Source of the DNA: Clostridia bacterium | GTDB taxonomy: Bacteria; Bacillota; Clostridia; Oscillospirales; CAG-382 | Length of the DNA: 64,000 bases | Assembly: GCA_017466805.1 (NCBI GenBank) | Contig: JAFTTN010000029.1 | Location: 8,928 to 72,927, forward strand | Reading direction: 5' to 3' | Shown: piece by piece, positions 1-7,713 of the stretch | Layout: the number at the start of each line of letters is the position of its first letter | How positions within the stretch are numbered: the first letter of the stretch is position 1 | Notes under the pieces: model-generated | What the model saw: the letters and a program-made list of their open reading frames with translations, nothing else | The model's database searches: none | Told to the model about the DNA's origin: nothing | Program-made: the position numbers and the translations under genes

Positions 1-48
1 ACCGACCGCGTAATTCGGTATTTCGTTTAAACCTCCATTATTTTTCTA

Positions 49-77
49 TTGATTTAACGGCGGCGGTTTGGTATAAT
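49..77 (+). promoter_or_regulatory. SigA-type promoter upstream of ptsH
   Basis: TTGATT (49-54), 17-nt spacer, TATAAT (72-77), 23 nt before the ATG at 101. Confidence 0.5.
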
Positions 78-100
78 ATTTCTATCCTGGGGGTAATTAT

Positions 101-364
101 ATGACTACGAAGAATATAGAAATCCAAAATACAGTAGGTCTTCACGCAAGACCTGCAACATATTTTATTCAAAAGGCCAACTCCTATCGCAGCTCGATAT
201 GGGTCGAAAACAGCGACCGCAGAGCAAACGCGAAAAGCTTGTTGGGCGTTCTTTCGCTTGGCATTTCCAAGGGTGATATAATTACCATACTTGCCGACGG
301 TGTAGATGAAGAAGCTGCTGTTGACGGTCTTGTTACGCTTATTCTCGGCGGCTTTAACGAATAA
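101..364 (+). CDS. ptsH: Phosphocarrier protein HPr
   Basis: 87 aa. His15 site GLHARPA and Ser46 region KSLLGVLSLG are typical of HPr. Confidence 0.9.
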   Translation: MTTKNIEIQNTVGLHARPATYFIQKANSYRSSIWVENSDRRANAKSLLGVLSLGISKGDIITILADGVDEEAAVDGLVTLILGGFNE

Positions 365-380
365 TTGAACAAAACAAATC

Positions 381-410
381 GCCTTGAGCTAATATCTCAG
401 GGCATTTTTT
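381..410 (+). terminator. Intrinsic terminator after ptsH
   Basis: Stem GCCTTGAG/CTCAGGGC with a 7-nt loop, followed by a T-run (405-410). Confidence 0.6.
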
Positions 411-423
411 GTAGGTGTATGTA

Positions 424-2286
424 ATGACGCGTGCTGAGCTTTACGAAAAAGCAAGACTTTTGCCCGCCACCCCGGGCGTGTATATTATGCGCAATAAATC
501 GGGCAGAATAATCTACGTCGGCAAATCAAAAGCGCTCAAAAACCGCGTTTCGAGCTATTTTTCCCCCTATTCCGACCACCACGGCAAAACCAAAAGAATG
601 GTCGAATCGGTAAACGATTTCGAGGTATATTATACCCTTACCGAGCTTGAAGCGCTTATTCAGGAAAACCAATTTATAAAGCAGTTCCAGCCCCGCTACA
701 ATATTAAATTAAAGGACGGCGGCGGATACCCGTATATAAAGCTTACCAATTCGGCTTACCCCGAATTTTCGATAGTTTATAAGCGCACCGCGGGTAACGA
801 TAAATATTTCGGGCCCTATTCTTCGCACCACGTTGCGCGCAATATTCTCGAAACCGTAAAAAAGGCGTTTTCGCTCCCCTCGTGCAACAAAGAATTTCCA
901 AAGGATATCGGAAAGGGAAGACCCTGCCTTAATTACCATATCGGGCGTTGCTGTGCGCCCTGCGTAAAGGGCAACGTTTCGGCAGACGACTATAAAGAGC
1001 TTGTAAACCGCGCCTCCGCACTTTTGAAGGGCGACGGCAAAAAGCTTATCGCACAGCTCGAGCAGGGTATGGAAATCGCTTCCGAGGGCTTGAATTTCGA
1101 GCTTGCCGCAAAGCTGCGCGATTGTATTTATGCGGTGAAAAAGCTGAACGATAAACAGCAAATTGTTTGCTCGCCCAGCGTAGAGGCAGATATTATCGGT
1201 ATTTATGCCGACGATTTGGGCAGCGCGCTTTCTTTGCTTTTTGTTAGAAACGGCGCGATAGTAGACCGCGAAAACTTCTTTTTCGGTGCGGACGAAATTA
1301 TAAACAGCCCGAACCTCGTTTCGTTTTTCCAAAGGTATTATGAATTAAGGGGCTATATACCCAAAAAGATATATATCGATTATCGGCTTGATGAAGCCGA
1401 CGACGAGCTTTTTACCGATTGGCTTTGCGCAAAGGCGGGATTTAAGGTCAGCGTTATCTGTCCCGAACGCGGCGATATGCGCGCCCTTGCCGTGCGTGCA
1501 AGCGAAAACGCAAAGCAGCTTATATTGCATAAGCGCAAAAGCGAGGACAGAAAAAAGGATTTTCTTATTTCGCTTTCGCAGCTTTTGGGGCTCGAGGTAC
1601 TGCCGGACAGAATCGAATCCTACGACGTTTCGCATTCTGCGGGGGAATATACGAGCTGCGGTATGATAGTTTTGGAGCACGGAAGCTTTGCAAAGCGCAA
1701 ATACCGCGGATTTAATATAAAAACCGTTGACGACGGCAACGATTTGGCGGCGTTAGAGGAATGCATACGCCGAAGATTTGCCCACGATAGCGACGAGGAG
1801 GGGTGGGAATACCCCGATTTGATGCTTATCGACGGCGGCGAAAATCAGGTTAGACGCGTAAAAAGCGTTCTTTCGGAAAAATCGCTGAATATCGCCTTTT
1901 TCGGTATGATAAAGGACGAACACCACAAAACCCGTACGCTAACCGACGGCGAAAACGAAATTTCGCTTATAACCCGTCAGGATGCGTTCGTGTTTATCTA
2001 TAAAATTCAGGAAGAGGTACACCGCTATTCGCTTTCGCTTATGGATGCGAAGCGCCGCAATGCAGTAAAGAAAAGCTCGCTCACCGAAATAAAGGGAGTG
2101 GGTGCAAAGCGCGCAAACGACCTTATGCTTCACTTCGGCACTCTTGCAGCGCTTAAAAGTGCAACAAGAGAACAGCTTTTGGAGGTAAAGGGTATAACCG
2201 AGCAGATTGCGGATGCGGTTTTGGAATACTTCGGAAAGGAAAAAGATGAGAATAATAACCGGAACAGCGAGAGGGACGAAGCTTAA
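424..2286 (+). CDS. uvrC: Excinuclease ABC subunit C
   Basis: N-terminal GIY-YIG motif (GVYIMRNKSGRIIYVGKSKALKNRVSSYF), about 620 aa, C-terminal HhH region. ATG at 424 preferred over GTG at 415 because AGGTG lies 7 nt upstream. Confidence 0.9.
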   Translation: MTRAELYEKARLLPATPGVYIMRNKSGRIIYVGKSKALKNRVSSYFSPYSDHHGKTKRMVESVNDFEVYYTLTELEALIQENQFIKQFQPRYNIKLKDGGGYPYIKLTNSAYPEFSIVYKRTAGNDKYFGPYSSHHVARNILETVKKAFSLPSCNKEFPKDIGKGRPCLNYHIGRCCAPCVKGNVSADDYKELVNRASALLKGDGKKLIAQLEQGMEIASEGLNFELAAKLRDCIYAVKKLNDKQQIVCSPSVEADIIGIYADDLGSALSLLFVRNGAIVDRENFFFGADEIINSPNLVSFFQRYYELRGYIPKKIYIDYRLDEADDELFTDWLCAKAGFKVSVICPERGDMRALAVRASENAKQLILHKRKSEDRKKDFLISLSQLLGLEVLPDRIESYDVSHSAGEYTSCGMIVLEHGSFAKRKYRGFNIKTVDDGNDLAALEECIRRRFAHDSDEEGWEYPDLMLIDGGENQVRRVKSVLSEKSLNIAFFGMIKDEHHKTRTLTDGENEISLITRQDAFVFIYKIQEEVHRYSLSLMDAKRRNAVKKSSLTEIKGVGAKRANDLMLHFGTLAALKSATREQLLEVKGITEQIADAVLEYFGKEKDENNNRNSERDEA

Positions 2287-2791
2287 AACGCTCGAGGGAA
2301 GAGATACCCGCCCCACCACCGAAATCTGCAAGGAGGGCGTTTTCTCGGCTATCCAGTTCGAGCTTCACGACAGATACGTGCTCGATTTGTTCGGCGGCAG
2401 CGGACAAATGGCGCTCGAAGCGCTTTCACGCGGGGCAGAAAAGGCGGTTATCGTCGATTCCTCGCGCGCGGCGTGCGAAATTATCAAGGAAAACGCGCAA
2501 AAAACCAAGCTTATGAAGCAGTGCCGCGTTGTTACTGCCGATTGGAAGGAATATATCAGAGGTGCATCGGGCAAGGAAAAATTCAACCTTGTTTTTCTCG
2601 ATCCGCCTTATCAGGAAGGGATACTCGATGAAATTCTGCACAGACTCAGCTATTCCGAGCTTTTGGCAGACGATGCGATAATCGTTTGCGAATCGGATAA
2701 GGACGGTATCCCCAACCCGATAGAAAGCTGCACGGTAAAGCAATACCGCTACGGTAAAACCTTCGTGACGATGATTCGTAAGGAGATATAA
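2246..2791 (+). CDS. rsmD: 16S rRNA (guanine966-N2)-methyltransferase RsmD
   Basis: MRIITGTARG...LDLFGGSGQMALEALSRGA...FLDPPY motifs. AAGGA RBS upstream of the ATG at 2246. Overlaps the uvrC tail by 41 nt. Confidence 0.85.
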   Translation: MRIITGTARGTKLKTLEGRDTRPTTEICKEGVFSAIQFELHDRYVLDLFGGSGQMALEALSRGAEKAVIVDSSRAACEIIKENAQKTKLMKQCRVVTADWKEYIRGASGKEKFNLVFLDPPYQEGILDEILHRLSYSELLADDAIIVCESDKDGIPNPIESCTVKQYRYGKTFVTMIRKEI

Positions 2792-3268
2792 ATGAGAACT
2801 GCAATCGTTTCGGGCACCTTCGATCCGATCACAGTCGGTCATCTCGACGTGATCCTGCGCGCCTCGCGTCTTTTCGACCGCGTTGTCGTTGCGGTATCGC
2901 AAAACAGCGAAAAGAAATGCCTGCTTCCCGATGAAATACGTGTAAACGCGGTGAAAGCGGCGATAAAGGGAATAGAAAATGCCGAAATCGAGCTTTGCGG
3001 CGGCTTGCTTGCCGAGTTTTGTTGCAGGTACGAAAGCCCTGTTATCGTGCGCGGTGCGCGCTCGGGCAGCGAATTCGATTACGAGCGCAGTCTGTATATT
3101 ATAAATAAAGGACTCGGCGCACCCGAAACGGTGGTTCTTCCCGCCGAAAGCGGAATGGATCATATAAGCTCTACCTACGTTCGCGAGCTTTTGAAGTACG
3201 GCAAGCCGATCGACGAGGTTGTGCCCGCAGGCGCAATCGAAATAATCGAGGAATATCTTGCGAAATGA
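2792..3268 (+). CDS. coaD: Phosphopantetheine adenylyltransferase
   Basis: 158 aa. GTFDPITVGHLDVI nucleotidyltransferase motif. Start abuts the rsmD stop. Confidence 0.9.
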   Translation: MRTAIVSGTFDPITVGHLDVILRASRLFDRVVVAVSQNSEKKCLLPDEIRVNAVKAAIKGIENAEIELCGGLLAEFCCRYESPVIVRGARSGSEFDYERSLYIINKGLGAPETVVLPAESGMDHISSTYVRELLKYGKPIDEVVPAGAIEIIEEYLAK

Positions 3269-4560
3269 AAAGCATAAGGATTAAAAGCACCGATATCCGT
3301 TTCCAACGCGAGCCTTTGCTTGCGCCTTTCGGCTTCAAGGGCAAATATTTAACAGAGCTTTGGCAAACGGTCGTAAAAATCGAAAGCGATAATTTTGCGT
3401 CTACCGCCCCCTGCACCATTTCGGTGCTTTGGTCGGACGCAAGCGTTTTTGCCGAGCATTCGCCCGATGAATCGAGCGCGCTTATGCGTGACGTTACCGC
3501 GCGTGCGCTTGAAATGATAAAAGGCGAAAGCTTCGTTTACCCCAACGAGCTTATAAACGGAATTTTTCCCGAGCTGAAGAAATACGCCGATAGGGTGTGC
3601 AACCGCACCGTTGCCGAAACCTTCGTGTTAAATTCGCTCGTCGGTGTCGATTATGCGCTTTGGTCGCTTTTTGCAAAAGAAAATAATATAACCGATTTTT
3701 CCGAAATAGTTCCGATGCACGCAAGACCTGCGCTTTCGCACCGCCATACGCGGCTTGCTCATATTCCGCTTGTAAGCTATGCCGTAACGGCAGACGGCTT
3801 AAAGAGCCTGCTCGATTCGGGCACCGGACTTCTTAAAATTAAAATCGGCAAGGCCTGCGGCGAAAATTTACCGCGTGAAGAGGATATGCGCAGTATGCTC
3901 GAATGGGATAAGGCAAGGCTTTCCGAAATTCACGAAATCGCAAGGAATTATCAAACTCCGCTTTCGAAAAGCCGAAATATACGCTATTATCTCGATGCAA
4001 ACGGCAGATACGATAATATATCGCGGCTCGAAGCATTGCTCGACCACGCAGATAAGATAGGCGCGCTTCAAAGCATTGAGCTTATCGAAGAACCCTTTGC
4101 ACCCGAAAACGAGGTTTACGTCGGCAGGCTTCCCGTTACCTTGAATGCCGACGAATCGGCGCATTCGCTTGCCGACGTCGAAAAACGGTTGCAGCTTGGC
4201 TATAAAGCGGTTGCGCTTAAGCCGATTGCAAAAACGATGTCGGTTTCCTTCGATATGGCTTCGGCGGTATACAATGCGGGCGCAACCTGCCTTTGTGCAG
4301 ACCTAACAGTCGTCCCTTTGCTTGCCGAATGGAATAAGCAGTTTGCGGCGCGTATAGGTGCGCTGGGCGGTATGAGCTGCGGCTGTATCGAAATAAACGG
4401 CAACCAGAACTATAAAAATTGGGATAAGCTTTGCAAAATGCTGCCCAAGGGGCTGGAATATGCCCCCGAGCAAAACGGAAGCTTTGAAATAAACGAGGAT
4501 TTTTATAAAAACGGCGCAAGGCTGTTTGATAAAAACGAATATATTAATTTGTTTAAATAA
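3265..4560 (+). CDS. Enolase-superfamily (mandelate racemase/muconate lactonizing enzyme-like) protein
   Basis: KIKIGK, YLDANGRY, IEEPF and LNADES match the KxK and the three metal-ligand motifs of the MR/MLE family. Substrate unknown. Confidence 0.65.
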   Translation: MKSIRIKSTDIRFQREPLLAPFGFKGKYLTELWQTVVKIESDNFASTAPCTISVLWSDASVFAEHSPDESSALMRDVTARALEMIKGESFVYPNELINGIFPELKKYADRVCNRTVAETFVLNSLVGVDYALWSLFAKENNITDFSEIVPMHARPALSHRHTRLAHIPLVSYAVTADGLKSLLDSGTGLLKIKIGKACGENLPREEDMRSMLEWDKARLSEIHEIARNYQTPLSKSRNIRYYLDANGRYDNISRLEALLDHADKIGALQSIELIEEPFAPENEVYVGRLPVTLNADESAHSLADVEKRLQLGYKAVALKPIAKTMSVSFDMASAVYNAGATCLCADLTVVPLLAEWNKQFAARIGALGGMSCGCIEINGNQNYKNWDKLCKMLPKGLEYAPEQNGSFEINEDFYKNGARLFDKNEYINLFK

Positions 4561-4575
4561 AGAAAGGCTACGGCT

Positions 4576-5562
4576 ATGAAAATCGCACTTCTTTTAAATC
4601 CCGGCACAAGAAATATGGTGTTTAACGAAAAATGCCTAAAAAGACTCGAAAACAGCGGTGAGGTCGTTATAAACGAGGGCGGCACCGATTTCGATTCTGT
4701 TGCAAAAGTTATCGAGGGCGCAGACGTTGTTGTGACGTCTTGGGGCAATAATCCCATCGACGAAAAGCATTTGGCGCTCTGCCCGAATTTAAAGCTTCTT
4801 ATCCACGCGGCAGGCTCGGTAAAGCCGGTCGTTTCGGATGAGCTTTGGAAAAAGGGTGTCCGCGTTACCGCAAGCGCAAACGTTTTAAGCATGGGCGTTT
4901 CCGAAACCGCGCTCGGATTTACTATTGCGGCTTCAAAGAACTTTTTTGCGCATAACGAAAATATACACAACGGCGGCTGGGCGGAAGGCAAGGAAAACAT
5001 CCGCGAGCTTTACGATTTAACAATCGGCGTAATCGGCGGCGGCTGGGCGGGCAGACATTATATCGAGCTTATGCAGGCGTTCGACGTCGATATTCTTCTC
5101 TACGACCCGTTTATGAGCGAGGAACGTGCAAACGCTATGGGCGCACGCAAGGCAGACCTTGAAACCGTTTTGAAGGAAAGCGATATTATTTCCATCCACG
5201 CGCCCCAAATTCCCGAAACCTACCATATGTTCAATGCAGATACGCTTAAGCTTATGAAGAAGGACGCAGTCCTTATCAATACCGCTCGCGGCACGATTAT
5301 CGATGAAGCAGCGCTTTACGAGCATATGAAGGCAGGCAACCTAAAATACGCTTGTCTTGACGTTACCGACCCCGAGCCTCCCGCAGAGGATAACCCCTTG
5401 CGTACGCTCAAAAATTGCATTATGACTCCCCACCTTGCAGGCCTTGCGAACAACGGTCTGAAAAAGATCGGTCAGCACGTTTGCGAGGAGCTGGAGCTGT
5501 TTATTGCCGAAGGCAAGCTTGAAACCGAGGTTACCGAGGAAATGCTTGCTCGAATGGCGTAG
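4576..5562 (+). CDS. D-isomer-specific 2-hydroxyacid dehydrogenase family protein
   Basis: NAD-binding GVIGGGWAGRH and the catalytic region INTARG...TPHLAG. Confidence 0.8.
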   Translation: MKIALLLNPGTRNMVFNEKCLKRLENSGEVVINEGGTDFDSVAKVIEGADVVVTSWGNNPIDEKHLALCPNLKLLIHAAGSVKPVVSDELWKKGVRVTASANVLSMGVSETALGFTIAASKNFFAHNENIHNGGWAEGKENIRELYDLTIGVIGGGWAGRHYIELMQAFDVDILLYDPFMSEERANAMGARKADLETVLKESDIISIHAPQIPETYHMFNADTLKLMKKDAVLINTARGTIIDEAALYEHMKAGNLKYACLDVTDPEPPAEDNPLRTLKNCIMTPHLAGLANNGLKKIGQHVCEELELFIAEGKLETEVTEEMLARMA

Positions 5563-5591
5563 TTGACAATAGCGCGTTTATATGGTAAAAT
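5563..5591 (+). promoter_or_regulatory. SigA-type promoter upstream of the surface protein gene
   Basis: TTGACA (5563-5568), 17-nt spacer, TAAAAT (5586-5591). Confidence 0.5.
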
Positions 5592-5621
5592 AAATCAAAT
5601 ATTTTATTTGGAGGCTATGTT

Positions 5622-6419
5622 ATGAAAAAGACACTCGCACTTATCTTTGCATTGATTCTTTGCGTTAGCTTTTCCTTTACCGCTTTCGCGGCAGATTACA
5701 CAGTAGGTGCCGACGGCAACGCCGTTTACGAAAGCGCAGTCGGCTACGTTTTCGATATCGAAGACGTTAACGGCACCATCAACGGCGAGGACGCTACTAT
5801 TCTTACCTCTGCAGACGGTCTTGCAAACTGCGGCAGCTGGGCTATCTGGCTCGTGGCTGAAAAGGTAGAAGGCTCTTCTGCTTACAAGGCTGTTACCAAC
5901 GGTGCGGCTATGGGCGGTACTTCTCCTTCCGTAACTCTTGAAGAAGGTCAGATTATTATCGTAGTTCACTCCTCTTCCTCTAACCCCAACGATGCCGCAA
6001 CCTATCCCAACTGGGAAGATAAGGTTGCCTGCATGGCTATTAAGGTTGGCGATTATCTTAAGTTCGACGGCATTAACCTCGCTGCAGGTACCTGCGAAAA
6101 CGGTACTATGACGGTTATCACCGAAGACGAGCTTGCAGACCTTCCCGCAGAGGAAGAAAGCTCGGAAGCACCTGTTGAAAGCTCGGAAGCACCCGCAGAA
6201 AGCTCCGAGGAAGCACCCGCAGAAAGCTCCGAAGCGGCAAACGAAGCCGTTTCCGACGCTACCCCCAACGAAGCTTCCACCGAGGATTCCGACGTTAAAT
6301 CCTCCGAAATGGAAATTGATAGCGACGACGGACTCGGCGTTTGGCTTTGGGTTATTATCGGCGTTGCAGTAATCGCGGTTGTTGCAGTAATCGCAATTCT
6401 TGCTAAAAAGAAGAAATAA
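5622..6419 (+). CDS. Secreted, C-terminally membrane-anchored acidic protein
   Basis: Signal peptide MKKTLALIFALILCVSFSFTAFA, ESSEAP repeat linker, C-terminal DGLG plus hydrophobic helix plus KKKK. Confidence 0.75.
   Translation: MKKTLALIFALILCVSFSFTAFAADYTVGADGNAVYESAVGYVFDIEDVNGTINGEDATILTSADGLANCGSWAIWLVAEKVEGSSAYKAVTNGAAMGGTSPSVTLEEGQIIIVVHSSSSNPNDAATYPNWEDKVACMAIKVGDYLKFDGINLAAGTCENGTMTVITEDELADLPAEEESSEAPVESSEAPAESSEEAPAESSEAANEAVSDATPNEASTEDSDVKSSEMEIDSDDGLGVWLWVIIGVAVIAVVAVIAILAKKKK
6156..6236 (+). repeat. Imperfect 21/24-bp in-frame tandem repeat (ESSEAP units)
   Basis: GAAAGCTCGGAAGCACC... repeated about 4 times inside the CDS. Confidence 0.8.
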
Positions 6420-6430
6420 GTTAAAAGTTA

Positions 6431-6464
6431 AAAAAAGCGTGCTTAAATAAAGCACGCTTTTTTT
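6431..6464. terminator. Bidirectional intrinsic terminator
   Basis: A-run, stem AGCGTGCT/AGCACGCT, T-run, between convergent genes. Confidence 0.75.
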
Positions 6465-6481
6465 GTGTTTGCCAACCTATT

Positions 6482-6676
6482 TTACAGCTCTGCAATGATG
6501 GCGAGGATTATTTCCGCAAGCGATATTTCACTATCTTTGGGAAATCGCGACCAAAAATCCTTTGCTGTTTGTTGTTTGCTATCGGTCGCAAGCGCTATCG
6601 CCTTTTCAATCTCTTTTTGTACCTCTTGTTCTGTTACTCCGTGATGGCTTGAAATGTTTTTGATTAAATCGGTCAT
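6482..6676 (-). CDS. Small Spo0A C-terminal-domain-like protein (64 aa)
   Basis: By-eye alignment to the Spo0A encoded in this same window. HHGVTEQEVQKEIEKAIALA matches [20 protein letters not shown], and PKDSEISLAEIILAIIAEL matches [16 protein letters not shown]. Confidence 0.5.
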   Translation of the reverse strand: MTDLIKNISSHHGVTEQEVQKEIEKAIALATDSKQQTAKDFWSRFPKDSEISLAEIILAIIAEL

Positions 6677-6814
6677 CGTTTTCCTCTTTTCTGCAACTGT
6701 TGGTGATTAAAAATAACTCTTGGTTGTTTTTTATCACAGATGCGTTGTCGAAAAAAAGCAAACTCGGTCGATAAAATAAAAAAGTTCGCCCTTTTGGACG
6801 AACTTTTGATAAAT

Positions 6815-7150
6815 TTAGGGTTTTATCTGCTTTGAGTGACGGACAAGAGTATCGATAACGTCATAAATCCTTGCTTGATCTTCCTGCGAAAGCTTTGAAA
6901 GCTTTTCGTTCAAAAGCGAGTTCTTTACTGTATACCCGACAGATATGACGTCCGAAAGCAGCATATCGGCAGAAACCTGCAGGGTGTTGGCTATGAGGAT
7001 AAACGTTTCAAGCGACGGTATTTTTTCTCCGCGCTCGAGCATACCGATGTAATTATTGCTTAAATTTGTTTTTTCGGCAAGATCTTCTTGGCGAAGCTTT
7101 TTGGCTAAACGGTATTTTCTGATGTTTTTTCCGATAGAATCGAAATTCAT
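6815..7150 (-). CDS. XRE-family helix-turn-helix transcriptional regulator
   Basis: IRKYRLAKKLRQEDLAEKTNLSNNYIGMLERGEKIPSLETFILIANTLQV is a canonical HTH_3/Cro-C1 motif. Confidence 0.85.
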   Translation of the reverse strand: MNFDSIGKNIRKYRLAKKLRQEDLAEKTNLSNNYIGMLERGEKIPSLETFILIANTLQVSADMLLSDVISVGYTVKNSLLNEKLSKLSQEDQARIYDVIDTLVRHSKQIKP

Positions 7151-7162
7151 AGCAACCTCAAT

Positions 7163-7219
7163 AAGTGTGTAATCATTACTAATAGTATAGATTATAAAAC
7201 TCGATTTATAAACACACTT
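7163..7219. promoter_or_regulatory. Inverted repeat flanking the XRE gene promoter region (candidate operator)
   Basis: AAGTGTGT (7163-7170) and ACACACTT (7212-7219) bracket an AT-rich segment containing a TATAAT on the minus strand. Confidence 0.35.
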
Positions 7220-7268
7220 GAAGTTGTTTGGAATAACCTACGGTTGTTGCGAAAACAGGTCTGCTTTT

Positions 7269-7712
7269 TTAATATCTGCAAATAATAATTTTGATTTTTT
7301 CTTTTAAAATCGTTTCTGCTTTGGCAATTATTTTGTCGGTCGGTTCTTTTTTGGGGTTGGTTAGCGTTATTTCGTTTTTTGCAAACCCGCAAGGGAAATC
7401 GTATTTCAAATCGTTTAGCGAGCATTCTCGGTTACAGCAGGGAAGTGTGCGGGAAAGCTCCGAAAAACCGTTTTCGAATGCTTCGTTCATCGCGTTTCCC
7501 CACCAATCGAACGATAGCTCTGCATCGCACAGCGGGCAGGAAATCGAAGCGAGATTTTCGCCGCAATCGATAAACGCAGTTTTTCCGTGGTCGGTAAAGG
7601 TTATATCCTCGGGCTTGGTCTTGCGCTTTAAATATGCGATTGCTTTATCTGCGTTGGCAGAAATATCGCCGTTCGGGCTTTCGGGTATTATTTTGTAAAT
7701 ACAATCAGACAT
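7269..7712 (-). CDS. Hypothetical Cys-rich cytoplasmic protein (147 aa)
   Basis: CPLC...CCNREC pattern with no signal peptide. GGGAGA RBS lies inside the end of the upstream gene, and the start is 1 nt after that gene's stop. Confidence 0.6.
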   Translation of the reverse strand: MSDCIYKIIPESPNGDISANADKAIAYLKRKTKPEDITFTDHGKTAFIDCGENLASISCPLCDAELSFDWWGNAMNEAFENGFSELSRTLPCCNRECSLNDLKYDFPCGFAKNEITLTNPKKEPTDKIIAKAETILKEKIKIIICRY

Positions 7713-7713
7713 T

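Noticed and set aside
1-48. Possible end of a minus-strand gene or RBS (AACCTCCAT at 30-38) at the window edge.
   Set aside because: Reading the minus strand from that ATG gives ATG GAG GTT TAA, an immediate stop. There is not enough sequence to support any feature.
5604-6455. 283-aa ORF on the minus strand, plus other antisense ORFs at 8044-9171, 12212-12871, 20077-21033, 36045-37070 and 57306-59786.
   Set aside because: Each lies opposite a plus- or minus-strand gene that has a signal peptide or catalytic motifs and a proper RBS. Their repeat-derived or Gly/Arg/Phe-rich translations look non-biological.
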